Source: Macrostomum hystrix (taxonomy: Eukaryota > Animalia > Platyhelminthes). From it: a DNA stretch of 64,000 nt. The first letter of the stretch is position 1. Every line of letters starts with the position of its first letter. A model generated the notes under the pieces. The model worked only from the letters and a program-made list of their open reading frames with translations, had not been told where the DNA came from and searched no databases. A program made the translations under genes and the position numbers. The stretch spans positions 11,656,001 through 11,720,000 of the forward strand of contig CATNEN010000039.1 in the NCBI GenBank assembly GCA_950097015.1. The letters are read 5' to 3'. This document shows positions 11,052 to 23,205 of this stretch, piece after piece.

Positions 11052-14000
11052 TCACAGCAGTCTACCGCGGCAGTCTTTAGCGCGGCAGAAGCAGCGCAGA
11101 GTTTTGCCAGGCACACTGCCAACCTGATAATTGTAGTCCCAGCAGAGCTCATCGCCGGCGCGCACCCTGGCGCAGGTGAAGAATGCAATCTCAGGGAAGC
11201 GAGGATCGTGCGTATTGACGAACACATTCTGCACAATTACATTCGGAGCGCAGGAATGATTCAAATAGCGGCCTAGATTGCCGATCCGCTTGGCGTCCAT
11301 GATGTAGGGCTGGGCCTCGCCTAGGAATGCCCGAAGGCAGGCAGCCGGGCCGGCAGCGTCCAGTATGTCGTCGGCCGGATTGTCGTCCGGTACGAACGCT
11401 TCGATGGCTTCTTCGACGACGTCGTCGTCTTGTTCGTCGCCTAGCTGACTGAAAATGATGAGCGTTTGGAAAGCTGTGACGTTTAAGACGCGATCAAAGA
11501 GACTTTAAATTGAAATCGGTTAGCGTTAATTGAATACTTTAACTCGAGTGCTGCACAATTTATTTAACCACCACCTGGAACACATAAGGATAAAGATATC
11601 AAATACATTAGGAGGGAAGGGCTGGCTGGGGAAGAGATGGGAGGGGAAGGGGTGAGAGGGGAATGGGTGAGAGGGGAATGGGTGAGAGGGGAATGGGTGA
11701 GAGGGGAATGCATGGGTGAGAGGGGAATGCGTGGGTGAGAGGGGAATGGGTGAGAGGGGAATGCATGGGTGAGAGGGGAAGGGGTGAGGATTGAGGAAGG
11801 GGTGAGGATTGAGGAAGGGGTGAGAGGGGAATGCATGGGTGAGAGGGGAAGGGGTGAGGATTGAGGAAGGGGTGAGAGGGGAAGGGGTGAGAGGGGAAGG
11901 GGTGAGAAGGGAAGGGTGAGAGGGGAAGGGGTGACCCTGTAAAAAATTCGGCTGCTTCTTCGGCGGGTTTTTTGTGCAAAATAGGAGTGGAATCTACAAA
12001 AATCCCCCCTATCTCGCAAGAGTTAAAGAAACCACCCAGGAAGCAGCCGATGTAACCGTAAATTGTGCGGAAACCGCCGAAGAATCACCCGAACCAGTGG
12101 CCCATTGGACAACCAGAGAATTCTTTATGGGCGATTCCTCGGCGGTTTCTGAGCATGGAATCTTCCGAACTGGAGGATTCTTTGGGTGATTCCATTTCGC
12201 CACCAAGAAGCACCGAGAAAACGCCCAGTTGGGTAGATTCTAAGCATGGAACCATCCGATTGGTATGTTTCCAGCATTCGGCTGTTTCTTTTTCTGGAAA
12301 CACCGCAGATTCCAACTGGAATCACCCAAAGAAACATCCCTATTTTTTAGCGGGGAGAGGGGAAATGCTTAGATGGGCCAACGGGTGAGAGGGGAAGAGG
12401 TTGGAGGGGAACGAATAAAAAGAGAAGGGCTGAGAGGGCAAGGGAAAAGAGAAGGGGTGACTGGAAGAGATAAGACTGGAAGATATAAGACTAGAAGAGA
12501 TTAGAGATAAGAGGTTTGAGAAGTAAATAGACATAGGGTAAGAGACTAGAGCGGGATTGTGAAGTAAGGGAGGGACTGCAAGGCTTAAAAAGAAGAAAAT
12601 GAAGAAGGGAAATAGTCAAACCGGTAATTATGTGGCGCTAACCTTGCCGACGGATTACCGGCGCCATCGATCCGTCTGCTGCTGTCCTTGGGCACAGTGC
12701 TGGCGTCAGTCTCAGCCGATTCTCCCTGCAGCTCGTCGGTAGTTAATCTAATCCGTTTGGACTTGGTCGCAGCCGATTTCTTACCGACATTGTTGCCAGG
12801 GCGTTTTCTACGCCTGTCAGAGCCTGTGCAGTAATCCTCGTCATTCTCATCATCGTTATCTACGTCATCATCATCGTCGTCTTGCCCGTCGTTGGCCAGG
12901 TATTCGTCATCGTCCGGAGGCGAGACAGAAGTTGCTTCTTCTTGTTCAGCATCGTTGTCTTCGCCGTTATCGCTGCTCGGCCTCTCGCTGTTCCTGTTGT
13001 TATCCTCGTTGTCTTCCGCAGAAGATTGCGATTCAGTCTGGTCTTTCTGCTGCCGCCTGTGCTGCTGCTGCTGCTGAAGCGGCTCCAGAACACCGGCTTC
13101 GTAGCCAACTTTCTCCTGTTCCATGACTTCCAGGTGATCCAAATCAGCCTGATATTCGTCGCCAAACTGATCGCAGTACTGGACAGCCAGCTCCTCACTG
13201 TAGAGCTCGCCGGCGTACACGCAAACGAAGGCGCCTTTTGGTAGATCGTGCAGAGGGCGCAGACCCCAGCCCTTGCGGCTTGTTTTGAATATCTGCAGTC
13301 GGGCATTGAGGCCGCGTTGTACTAGACGATTGCGGCACTGCCAGTCCTGACAGGCGCAGCCGGAGTTGCACTCGTAGACGCCACCGATGAGGGCGCGAAC
13401 CAGGCGGCCGTTTTCGTAGGCCGGGCGACTGTCGGTCCGGCCTGGGGTTTTTTGATTCGGAGGGGGTAGCCCGTGTGTAGCCAAAATGAAACAGCAATGT
13501 AGCTAAACTATTATTGATCTTAATTGAATGAGAGCTCTCGGAACTGGCACATAGGAATGAGCCTACACTGAACAGGGTGGAGGTTGGAACGATCCACTGA
13601 ATGGATTGGGGTGGAGGTTGGGGCGATCCACTGAATGGATTGGGGTGGAGGTTGGAACGATCCACTGAATGGATTGGGGTGGAGGTTGGAACGATCCACT
13701 GAATGGATTGGGGTGGAGGTTGGGGCGATCCACTGAATGGATTGGGGTGGAAGTTGGGGCGATCCACTGAATGGATTGGGGTGAAGGTTGGGGCGATCAA
13801 CTGAATGGATTGGGGTGGAGGTTGAGGCGATCCACTGAATGGATTGGGGTGAAGGTTGAGGCGATCCACTGAATGGATTGGGGTGAAGGTTGAGGCGATC
13901 AACTGAATGGATTGGGGTGAAGGTTGAGGCGATCCACTGAATGGATTGGGGTGGAGGTTGAGGCGATCAACTGAATGGATTGGGGTGGAGGTTGAGGCGA

Positions 14001-17000
14001 TCCACTGAATGGATTGGGGTGGAGGCTGGGACGATCAACTGAATGGATTGGGGTGGAGGTTGGGGCGATCCACTGAATGAATTGGGGTGGAGGTTGGAAC
14101 GATCAACTGAATGGATTGGGGTGGAGGTTGGGGCAATCCACTGAATGGATTGGGGTGGAGGTTGGGACGATCCACTGAATAGATTGGGGTGGAGGTTGGG
14201 GCGTTCCAGTGAATAGATTGGGGTGGAGGTTGGGGCGTTCCAGTGAATAGATTGGGGTGGAGGTTGGGGCGTTCCAGTGAATAGATTGGGGTGGAGGTTG
14301 GGGCTTTCCAGTGAATGGATTGGGGTGGAGGTTAAAACGATCAACTGAATGGATTGGGGTGGTCCTCGAGCAAGCTCAGGAAATGGTACAATAGGCAGGT
14401 CACCATCCTTAAATGGATAGATTGAAAATTATGATGTTAGCAAATGAAATTTTAATTACCAGTGACAATAGCGGATGCCTCAGCAGTCAGTCTCAGACAA
14501 GCGCACTTGGTTCGATCTCTACAACCGTCTGTACAATCGCAGCAGACTAGAAAGCCTCTGTCCGATTCGTTGGTGCACACATTCAGAATTGGCATTCGCT
14601 GCGAAGTGTAATCGATATAAGGCGGCTCCTCAGCGTCCAGACAGTTGACAGCGGGCACTGTGATGCGCTCCTTGCCATAGCTGAGGTCGGCCAGCTGACG
14701 CCGAACACCCGTGGCGCAGAACTCGGTGGCCACGCGAACTAGCGGGTCGAAACAAAAGTTCATCGGATGCAGCCGGGAGCCGGTGTGGCCCAGGTAGCGA
14801 TCCAAGTCTGCTGGATTGCGCAATCGCCTGCCGCACGGAGTCGCGTACTCGATCTAGATTGCGCAATCAAAAATATCGCTTTTGGACATTTATCATGTCA
14901 GACAATTGTATGTACCTTTTTTCAAATTATTTTTTGCAAATTTATCTTGTGGGATATCCGACGGCTGTGTACAGCTGTTCATGCACTGAGTCCTTCAGTG
15001 TGTCAGCTGTTCATTTCTTCAGTGTGACACTAAAGTACAAGTACACTTAATGACAAGACTTAAAAGTACACGCATGAGAAAAAAAGAACTGACCAGTTCT
15101 CTGCGGCGAACTCGCCCGGAGCCACCAAGCCGGACTATAAACCGATGCCAGCCAAGCAGGAGAGGCACGTCCAACGGATTCCTGTCAACGGACAAAGCCA
15201 ATTCCAGGCGTTCCTGCTCGGACTTGTCCGAATCGGCCTCGTCCGAGATGCTGCCAACTAGAAGCAGACAATTGGGCTCGCAGACTTGGCCATGCTGATG
15301 CGGAAACGGTCGGAGCTGTCGCAGGGAAGAGCTGTCAATCGAAGCTACCATAACACCGGCGCGCGCTTCCTCGTAGCAGGCGTCTTCCTCGGAAGCATCT
15401 TCGCCAACGCTGGCAGACGACTGCTGCCTGTGAGTCAATAAGGTCGGAGCAGAGGACGACGAAGACAAGGTTTGCAACAGCTGCTGCTGCTGCGGCTGAT
15501 GCTTGTGCTGGCGTCGGACAGCGCCGCCAATGCTAGATTTTCGAGCGAACGCTTGACGAATCGCCGGCTGCTGATCTCCCGAAGGGGTCGCCGACGCCGC
15601 CGCCGCAGCAGCAGCGGCATTTGAGGCAGCAACTGCAGCTGCCTTCTCTCTAATCAGCATAGCTTTAAACAGATCCTCAAGGCGTGTACTGCCACGGTAT
15701 AACCATTCGCGACAGCCACTGCGAGTAGGAAAGCGAACCTGAACCAGGCTAGCGTCAACCTGCTCGACCACTGCGGTCAGCCACTCGCCTGTCAATGTCC
15801 GGTTGCGGTTAGATTCTTAGAAATTCTTAGTAACGGGATTTCAAACCGACTGAAATCAGTAGCTGGTCGATACAGTCGACTAGAAACGCTGAGACCTCTC
15901 ATCATAATCTTTCCCATGGTACTCGCGGGAATAAATGGGATAATATGGGGATTTCATCTTAACTCAAGGCTCTAGAACGGAGCCTGAAGTCAATTCTCGA
16001 ACCGAAACTCACTTAAATCAGGATTGACTGGATTCATTCGCGGAGATTAGGCTAGGAGGGTTACTAATAATAATGGCAGGAGGCCTGCGGGCAGTGGCAC
16101 ATCATTTGGTGACACTAGACCCGCAGCCAGCGAGGAGGCAATTCTGCCCATTTCGCTGACTCCTGAGCACACGCGCACACAGATACTGTACGCAGGCACA
16201 CACTCACACAGGTGTGTACATCTGCCCTGACTTTCTAATTGTCAGGCAGTGTACATTTCATTGTGCCTTGGGGGTTTGCCCTCAAGGGCGTAAATTGCAC
16301 GACAAGCCTCCAAGCCTCGCAAATAAATTTGGCCTCGCCGTGGAATCGAACTTAGGGACCGTGGTGCGAGTGGCAAACGCGATAACCGCTCTGCCACCGG
16401 GGGTTAGTCGGGTTAGATGCGGCCCTCGAAGCTACCAAATCAGACCACTCGCCCCTTGCAACACCTATAATATCCTGTCTTATTTATCATGTGTCTCAAC
16501 TCTCCCCTTTTTCCATATTCCTACAGTTAATTCGGCCCGCTTCCGAACAAGTTTGCCGACCCCTGCTTTAACCTAGCTAGTCCCATTACAGGCATTAATA
16601 GCCACAATACACCAGCAGCTCACCCCGCAGTTCAACTCGAATAGTAAGTCCAGGCCGCAGTCTGAGCATAGTCCTATTGGGATATTTGTCCAGATAGGCT
16701 CGCACGAATTCCTGAGAATCCTGGGCAACCTCGCGCCAATTATGCGGCGTCTGATGCAGCACTCGTCTGACATCGTTTGGCGGCGAATACTGGGCGAATC
16801 CGTCGTCGAAGAACAATAGATAACGCCTAGAGTTCCTCTCGCCAGGCGGCTCGGCAACAATTGCCGAATAATAAAATATTAAGCCGCGATCGTCAGTGTA
16901 GGAAGACACCACCCTGGCTCCCACCGGGTACTGTTCCAGTCTCTGTTCGGCGGTCTCAAACAATGCAACCTGACTAGGCCGCAAGTTCTTAGTAATCTTT

Positions 17001-18799
17001 GTTGTCTTATTAAAACACACTCGATACACTAGGCCATCGCTGCTATCCGGAGCCGGCTCTAGAACTTCGGCAATGGTCGCCTCGTTCCATAGTTCCCGGT
17101 CTTGCAATGCAAACACTGTTTGGCCTTGCTGAGCAACGCTGTAAATGCATTGTTGCGGGTGGCTGTGAGACATAGTGTACACATGACTGCACATTCGCTG
17201 TGACTCAGAGCTCTAAACACTGGGCTACAAAAAACATTATTCACAATTAATTTAGTGGATCGTCACAACCACAAGACGAATTCATTCATCGGATCGCCTC
17301 GGTGTCGAATAAATTTAGTGTTGGTGTAATTCTATCATCACAGCTTAGAACTCACACAGAAACGCTGACCAGCTCCTCCGGGTGGACTAATCGGTATTTG
17401 CGAACTCCATCAGCAGAAATGCTGCCAACAGCAGTGGCAGAAGCGGAGGCCTGTGGCTGCTGCTGCTGCGTTGGTGCTTCAATAATCAAAGACTTGGCCG
17501 CAGTGGAAGCTACCTGATGACTGTCACGACCGCCGCTGTCTTTGACGATAACAGCGTCGTCATCGTCTTTGCCATCGGAATCCTTGCCAGTTATGCTAGC
17601 TGCCACAGCCGATGTCAAATGGACAACCCGACCGTACCAGCTGAAGTTTATTAATTATAAATATAGCACTTTAGTGTATTTTAAACGAGTCTAGCTTGTT
17701 CCACGTTGCAAACTTCCACTTACGCAATCTGTTGATCGTGAGATCGCTTTTCCAATCGTTCCAGAATCTTTTCCTGATGCCGGATGGTCTCTTCTAGTTT
17801 CTGCTTCTGTTTCTCAAGCGCGCTAATTTTACTGAGCAGTTCGGCCCAGTGCGTGTCAGAGCCGAGAGCATTGTGAAATGCAGCCTCAATGTTGACTATT
17901 TGAAATAGAAATTTATGCACCAACAGTTCCACTGTTTTCCCGCTCACTTCAAACTCGGGGCGCACTGCAAATTAAGATGTAACGCGGCTTTATGCAAGCT
18001 CAAATTTAAGCAAATATAGTAATTTTACCCACGTCTGCAAGTTAGAAATCCTCGTCATCTAATTAGTGCTAGTGTTATTGCCATCTAATCAGCTGGAATA
18101 ATAATGTAATAATAATAATAATTACAGAAGGACTGCGGGCAATGGTGTATCATTTGGTGACACAAGACTTGCAGCCAGCGAGAAGGCAATTCTGCCCATT
18201 TCGCTGACTCCTGAGCACACGCGAAAACAAATACCGTACTGAGGCACACACTCACACAGGTATATACATCTGCCCTGACTTTCACATCGTCAGGCAGTGT
18301 AAACTATCACTGTGACTTGGAGGTTGGACCTTAAGGGCGTAAATTGGGGGAGGGGATTTCAACGAATGTGACGTCGCCACGGAATCGAGCTCAGGGACCT
18401 TGGTGGGAGAGGCGACCGCTTTTATGCTAAATGCTACAATTTGTTATAGAGCATTTAGAAATCGAACCCTGACTATCAAGTTGTGAGTCCAATGCTTGAT
18501 CATCGTCCTAGGCTAGGCTAAAATAATCTCAAACACTCACCAGTCTCATAGACACCAGGCTCAGTCAGTCGTAGATATTCCAAAGCGGTGCGAGCCAGCA
18601 GCTGACGCGGCACGTGTTCCTCTAGGGCGGCCATGTGCAGATCCCACAATCGCCTTGTAGTAAACCTGCCGTGTCCAACGTCTGATTTGAAGAACTCCGC
18701 CAGGCAAGTTACTAACACGCTGACTGATAATCGCCTGATCGCATCGATTCGCGACTCCCAGCCAGTTGGGATTGGTGGAGTTTTCGACCAGGCATTCAT
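11052..18799 (-). CDS. SETDB1: Histone H3K9 methyltransferase SETDB1/eggless (Tudor-MBD-preSET-bifurcated SET-postSET)
   Basis: Phase-consistent exons: 18799-18541, 17964-17724, 17640-17356, 17138-16624 (Tudor, [13 protein letters not shown]), 15788-15094 ([10 protein letters not shown]), 14853-14460 ([14 protein letters not shown], pre[19 protein letters not shown]), 13441-12643 (YECNSGC, KGWGLR, VYAG, acidic insert), 11448-11052 ([40 protein letters not shown]). Confidence 0.95.
11640..11934. repeat. G-rich ~16-bp minisatellite (GGGTGAGAGGGGAAT) in a SETDB1 intron
   Basis: Tandem repetition. Confidence 0.9.
11935..12356. mobile_element. Possible MITE-like insertion in a SETDB1 intron
   Basis: Imperfect inverted termini ccctgtaaaaaa ... 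ttttttagcggg. SETDB1 splices in phase without this segment. Confidence 0.3.
13575..14362. repeat. 34-bp minisatellite (~23 copies) in a SETDB1 intron
   Basis: Unit ggaggttggggcgatccactgaatggattggggt. Confidence 0.97.
16062..16402 (-). mobile_element. tRNA-derived SINE family 1 copy
   Basis: Near-identical reverse complement of 20372-20736; (ATT)n tail. Confidence 0.85.
18099..18418 (-). mobile_element. tRNA-derived SINE family 1 copy
   Basis: Homologous to 20372-20736, with (ATT)n tail. Confidence 0.8.
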
Positions 18800-18857
18800 T
18801 TGTCAGCTGAAATTTGGCTAGTATAAATTATGATGCGTTTGGGCTAGAAAATTCATG

Positions 18858-19010
18858 ACTGGGGAGGGGTGGGTGGCTGAAGGGGTGAGAAAATAATAAA
18901 AAATGAGACTAGCCGCCAATCAAAAAGCATCAAACAATCTTGGATGTATTTAGAGGCGAGTCAATAGGATTGGGGTGGGTGTCAATGGGCCTTAGCCGAT
19001 GACGTTAGAG
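18858..19010 (-). promoter_or_regulatory. Putative SETDB1 proximal promoter
   Basis: CCAAT (18916), ATTGG (18969), GGGGAGGGG/GGGGTGGG boxes and TGACGT clustered 60-210 nt upstream of the first coding exon. Confidence 0.35.
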
Positions 19011-19658
19011 GGGTATTAACTGCTTGCTAGATCCAACTATAACACGTAAGACTTGAAATGGATACAAATAAATTAGAACTGATTAAAATTCCAACTTTGA
19101 TTTGCTGTGACCTGCAGCAAATATGTCGTAATTTTATTTTTTCTTTTAAAGAAGCTCTTAAAAAACATTTTTACAGGATTTAATTATGTACAGTTTAAAT
19201 AAAAACATTTGTGTGAGCAGATATATTTGTTTAATTTTGCTATAGAAAAGGTGTAGTCCGAGATGTGCTATATAAAGATACAGATTGGGGCCTTTTAAAA
19301 TACAAAATTAGAGGATAAATTGTGATCAATGATGTAATTTTAATGCATGCCCTATATCAAACTATAACAACAAATAATAAAATGTAGCAGGGTAAATTGT
19401 ATGAAACATATCACAGTTGTTTGTGCATTACAACAAGCTGAACAAAAACAAAAATCACTGATTTAAACAATAGAATCTCATTTAAATGTAAAAAAGTCTC
19501 CATATAAATAGCAGAGTACTTTTAGGCTAATATTTCTTAAGAAAGCAACCGCTAGCTATAAAAAGTAATAGAGTATTAAAAACTTGTTTCTTAATTACAC
19601 TAATACAATAGCAGTCATCATTATTCGCTTCAGTCTGTCAATAAATCAGATATTCTAA

Positions 19659-22600
19659 TTAGCGACTGGAATCGACTGGAATGACAGCCGCACCTCTAGC
19701 TGAACTATCGAAGCTGGTGTACTTACTGCCGTAGAAGTCGGCAACAGCTAGGAATCTGGCAAACACGAAACCGAGGACAATGCCTAGCAGCTGCGGAATG
19801 ATGTTTTGTTGAAGACTTGTTTTTAGAAACTAAGAGTGAATAGAAAAATAATACATATAACCCAGTATTAGTGTACACACACAAGGCTATTTTTAACACT
19901 CTGGAGAACGACCATGGGGATACAATAAATACCCACTGCCTACTTCACGATAACTCCCAAACCGAATGACTGATTATTGTCAAAGCCCACTGTATGATAC
20001 GTCGAGATATTCAGCGATTATCGAAGAAGATCATGGTGACAAGGACAACTAATATTGCTTTATATAAAACCTGTACTGTGTAGCGAATCCATATTGGTTC
20101 AATAATAGAAACATCAACAATAAAATCACTACACACTATAATTTGCAGTAATAACCTACTTGAAACAATTATGTCAATATTGGCGGTTTTGCCACCAGAC
20201 AGCCCGACAAGAATCATTAAATATCACTGCAATATCCTGTGTTCTAGATTTTCATACGGCTTTGTTGTATATTTTGGGAGAAACAGAAGAAAGATAAATT
20301 CAGATATTTGAAATAAGCCCCGTGTTCTTTCTACTGTTATTGAACTTCCGAAAGCAATGGGATTTGAAGGTGGGGGGCTCGGTGGCAGAGCGGTTATCGC
20401 GTTTGCCACTCGCACCACGGTCCCTAAGTTCGATTCCACGGCGAGGCCAAATTTATTTGGGGCGCAGCCGCGGAGAGAAGGCTTGGGGGCTTGTCGTGCA
20501 ATTTACGACCTTGAGGGCCAACCTCCAAGGCACAGTGAAATGTACACTGCCCGACAATGAGAAAGTCAGGGCAGATGTACACACCTGTGTGAGCGTGCCT
20601 GCGTACAGTATCTGTGTGCGTGTGTTCTCAGGAGTCAGCGAAATGGGCAGAATTGCCTCCTCGCTGGCTGCGGGTCTAGTGTCACCAAATGATGTGCCAC
20701 TGCCCGCAGCCCTCCTGCAATTATTATTATTATTTAGGTGTATTATAATGTGCTAATATTAGCAACTTTCAAGGCAAGGCGCTAATTAAACAAAAAATCG
20801 CAGTAGCTGAGCACAAATCGATTCGCAGATTCAATAAGCAATGTGCTAATTATTCAAAATAGCTAGCCTTAAGAGGTGTCAGTGTATGAGCGATTAGCGC
20901 GTTTGCGAGGCCACATTTATTCGCGGGGCGCAGCCGCGAAGAGAAGGCTTAGTGGGCTTACTGTGCAATTTACAATTTTGAAACATGCCTGACGATGAAG
21001 ATAATCGATGTATACACATGTGAGTGTGGGCTCGGGAGTTAGCGAAATGGACAGAATTGCCTCCTAGCCGGCTCCACTGCACTACTACTGCAAACTATAC
21101 CACCCTGTATTGTTACACCTGACTTTCGTTATTTAATAGAAATACAGGCAGGCATATTCGGTATTCGGAAATAATCACGTGTATTCGTTCCATCTCTAAG
21201 CAAGTTAAGCCTTACCATGAGTATAACGTAGGTGATTCCAACGGCTCCGGTAACTAAAATACGAGCCGAAACGGTGGATTGCATGGAGTCAAAGCAGCCG
21301 TTTGTAAATAGGGCCGCATTGCTGCCAGTAAGTGGTGGCGGATTAGCCGGCGGTGTACTAGCTGCCGGCGTTGAGCCCTGGCATAGCGCCTGACTTTGAA
21401 TGCTAGAATCGGCACGGCGTACACAGCAGCTCAATGGCACATAGGGAGCTGTATCACCCCTGAGGATTGTAGTAGCCTGATACCAGGCGCTGGCATTCTG
21501 GTACAGGTACCAGGACCGGGTCGAATTGATGCCGCCGTACGCGCCGCAACAGGTAAACTGCGATGCGAGTACAGGAATTAGAGAGGAAATTGTATTTAAC
21601 AGTAGGACTAACAAGCCATTTTGCGTCCCATTTTTTTTAATTTTGGGGGGAATTTCCCATCTTTTTAGCAATAAATATTTATTGGCAGCGCCTGAATGCT
21701 AACTGCGCTGAGTGGCGACCGATTGGTTGACAGACTAGGCGATGGTATACTTTGGTAGAGCTGCGCCCAATACTGATCATTGAAATTGGAGAAATTCGCG
21801 TCAGGGTGTTCATAGTGGCCTATTTCCACCTGTTGTAGCCCTTGAAGGTCCAGCAGTCCGTCTAGATAAAAGCAGGTGACCACCGAAGACGGAGATGACG
21901 CAGGCACATTCGGGTGACCTGGCAAGGCCGAACTGAGGCGCTGTGCTAATTCGTGCATCGGGGTGTATAAAATACACTAGCTCTAATTGGAAAAATTTGA
22001 CCTTCACTTCATCTGGCCAGAACTTCATCTTGACGGTCTGAAAAGCTAAATATAGCTCCGTTTGGGTGCAACACAAAAATTCTCAGAAGGTTACCCCTTG
22101 GTAGCTAACTGAATAATAATACTCAATAATAAAACTCACATAGAGCTGAACAGCATCAGTGGCATCGGTCACAACTTTGTTCCTATCCGTGCTCAAATTA
22201 ATCCCATAATATTTGGCAATCGATGTCTCCATGCTCGTCTTGACTTGGCTTTGTAGATCTGTATAAAAAGCGAATCCGAGAGCGCCAACCACGAGGAATA
22301 TAACGAAGAGGCAGATGATAACGATCAGGTACTGCGGAAGGAATTGTCGTACAGGTAATGATATAAAAATAATGCTCATTCACCAAGTGTTTATCTCTCC
22401 CATCTCCCCCATTGCCACGGGGCAATTAATTGTACGCAATGGCTGGCCGTTGCCCTAAGAGCAGTTGGCACAAAGTGAAATTTTAGGCGATGGAACATAA
22501 TTGGTGACACTAGACCCGCAACCAGCAAGGAGGTAATTCTGCCTATTTAGCTGACTCCTGAGCACACACGCGCACAGATACCGTACGCAGGCATACACAG

Positions 22601-23205
22601 TCTAACAGGTGTGTACATCTGCCCTGACTTTCTCGTCGTCAGACAGTGACACCACTGTGCCTTGTACGTTAGCCCCCAAGGACGTAAATTGCACGACAAG
22701 CCATCTCTCCGTGGCTGCGTACCAGATGAATATGGCCTCGCCATGAAATCAAGCTGAGGGACCTTGGTGCACTCTGCACTGATTAACTGGTTATGACAAA
22801 AAAGAAATATTACAAGTATTGATAACTTACAAAAAGATGCAGGCAGGCACTATTTCTAACAGTGCCAACTAAACCAATGATGGAGGCCACAATCATAACA
22901 GAGCCAGTTATGATCAATAAGGAGTAGCTGGCCACATGATAATAGACTCCGAGCATGTCGCAGACTGAATTAATTATTGTTGTCTGAGTCGCTGTGTAAG
23001 CTCCAAGGCCCAGGACTACTATACCAGCAATTAGCATAATAAACACTTCGTGAATCAACATCATGTACTTCACAGCCTTCTCTCGAGGACTACTCATGGG
23101 CGGATACTGTGAGTAGTAACTAACAGTTTGATTATTGCTAGTTGAGACTGCAATTTCTGATTTAGATCCATGTAGAGGACCAGCATAACTAGGATCACTT
23201 TGCAT
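19659..23205 (-). CDS. Tetraspanin
   Basis: Four hydrophobic TM segments, large extracellular loop with CCG, VPLSCC and GC before TM4. All phase-0 exons: 23205-22831, 22331-22140, 21557-21216, 19790-19659. C-tail has YTSF (YxxPhi-like). The start Met could instead be the one in MSSPREK. Confidence 0.92.
19905..20055 (+). repeat. Dispersed repeat family X (unclassified)
   Basis: cccactgcctacttc...aaaccgaatgac also at ~43955-44140, ~48170-48540, ~53640-53710 and, reversed, ~39535-39670. Confidence 0.65.
20372..20736 (+). mobile_element. tRNA-derived SINE family 1, full-length copy
   Basis: Pol III A box (tggcagagcgg), B box (gttcgattcc), body shared by at least 7 copies in the window, (ATT)n tail. 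Confidence 0.88.
20885..21090 (+). mobile_element. SINE family 1, internally deleted copy
   Basis: ggggcgcagccgcgaagagaaggctt ... gcgaaatggacagaattgcctcct matches the family. Confidence 0.7.
21665..22075 (-). repeat. Dispersed repeat family Y
   Basis: Reverse-complement homolog of 56770-57205 (cacgaattagcac(a/t)gcgcctcagt...ccctgacgcgaa.ttctccaatttcaatgatca). Confidence 0.8.
22495..22775 (-). mobile_element. SINE family 1 copy
   Basis: Homologous to 20372-20736. Confidence 0.8.

Noticed and set aside
11974-12388. Possible extra SETDB1 exon
   Set aside because: Exons 13441-12643 and 11448-11052 join in phase without it; no clear splice sites; looks repeat-derived
18807-19659. Tetraspanin-SETDB1 operon link
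   Set aside because: The interval holds CCAAT, GC-box and CRE-like motifs suggesting SETDB1 has its own promoter; only the SETDB1-RRM2 link is kept as a hypothesis
20372-20450. tRNA genes (also 39181-39255)
   Set aside because: A and B boxes are present but continue into multi-copy SINE bodies with simple tails; no clean cloverleaf
20545-20575. Hammerhead ribozyme in the SINE (as in schistosome Sm-alpha)
   Set aside because: Only a small hairpin; no CUGAnGA...GAAA core with three stems found
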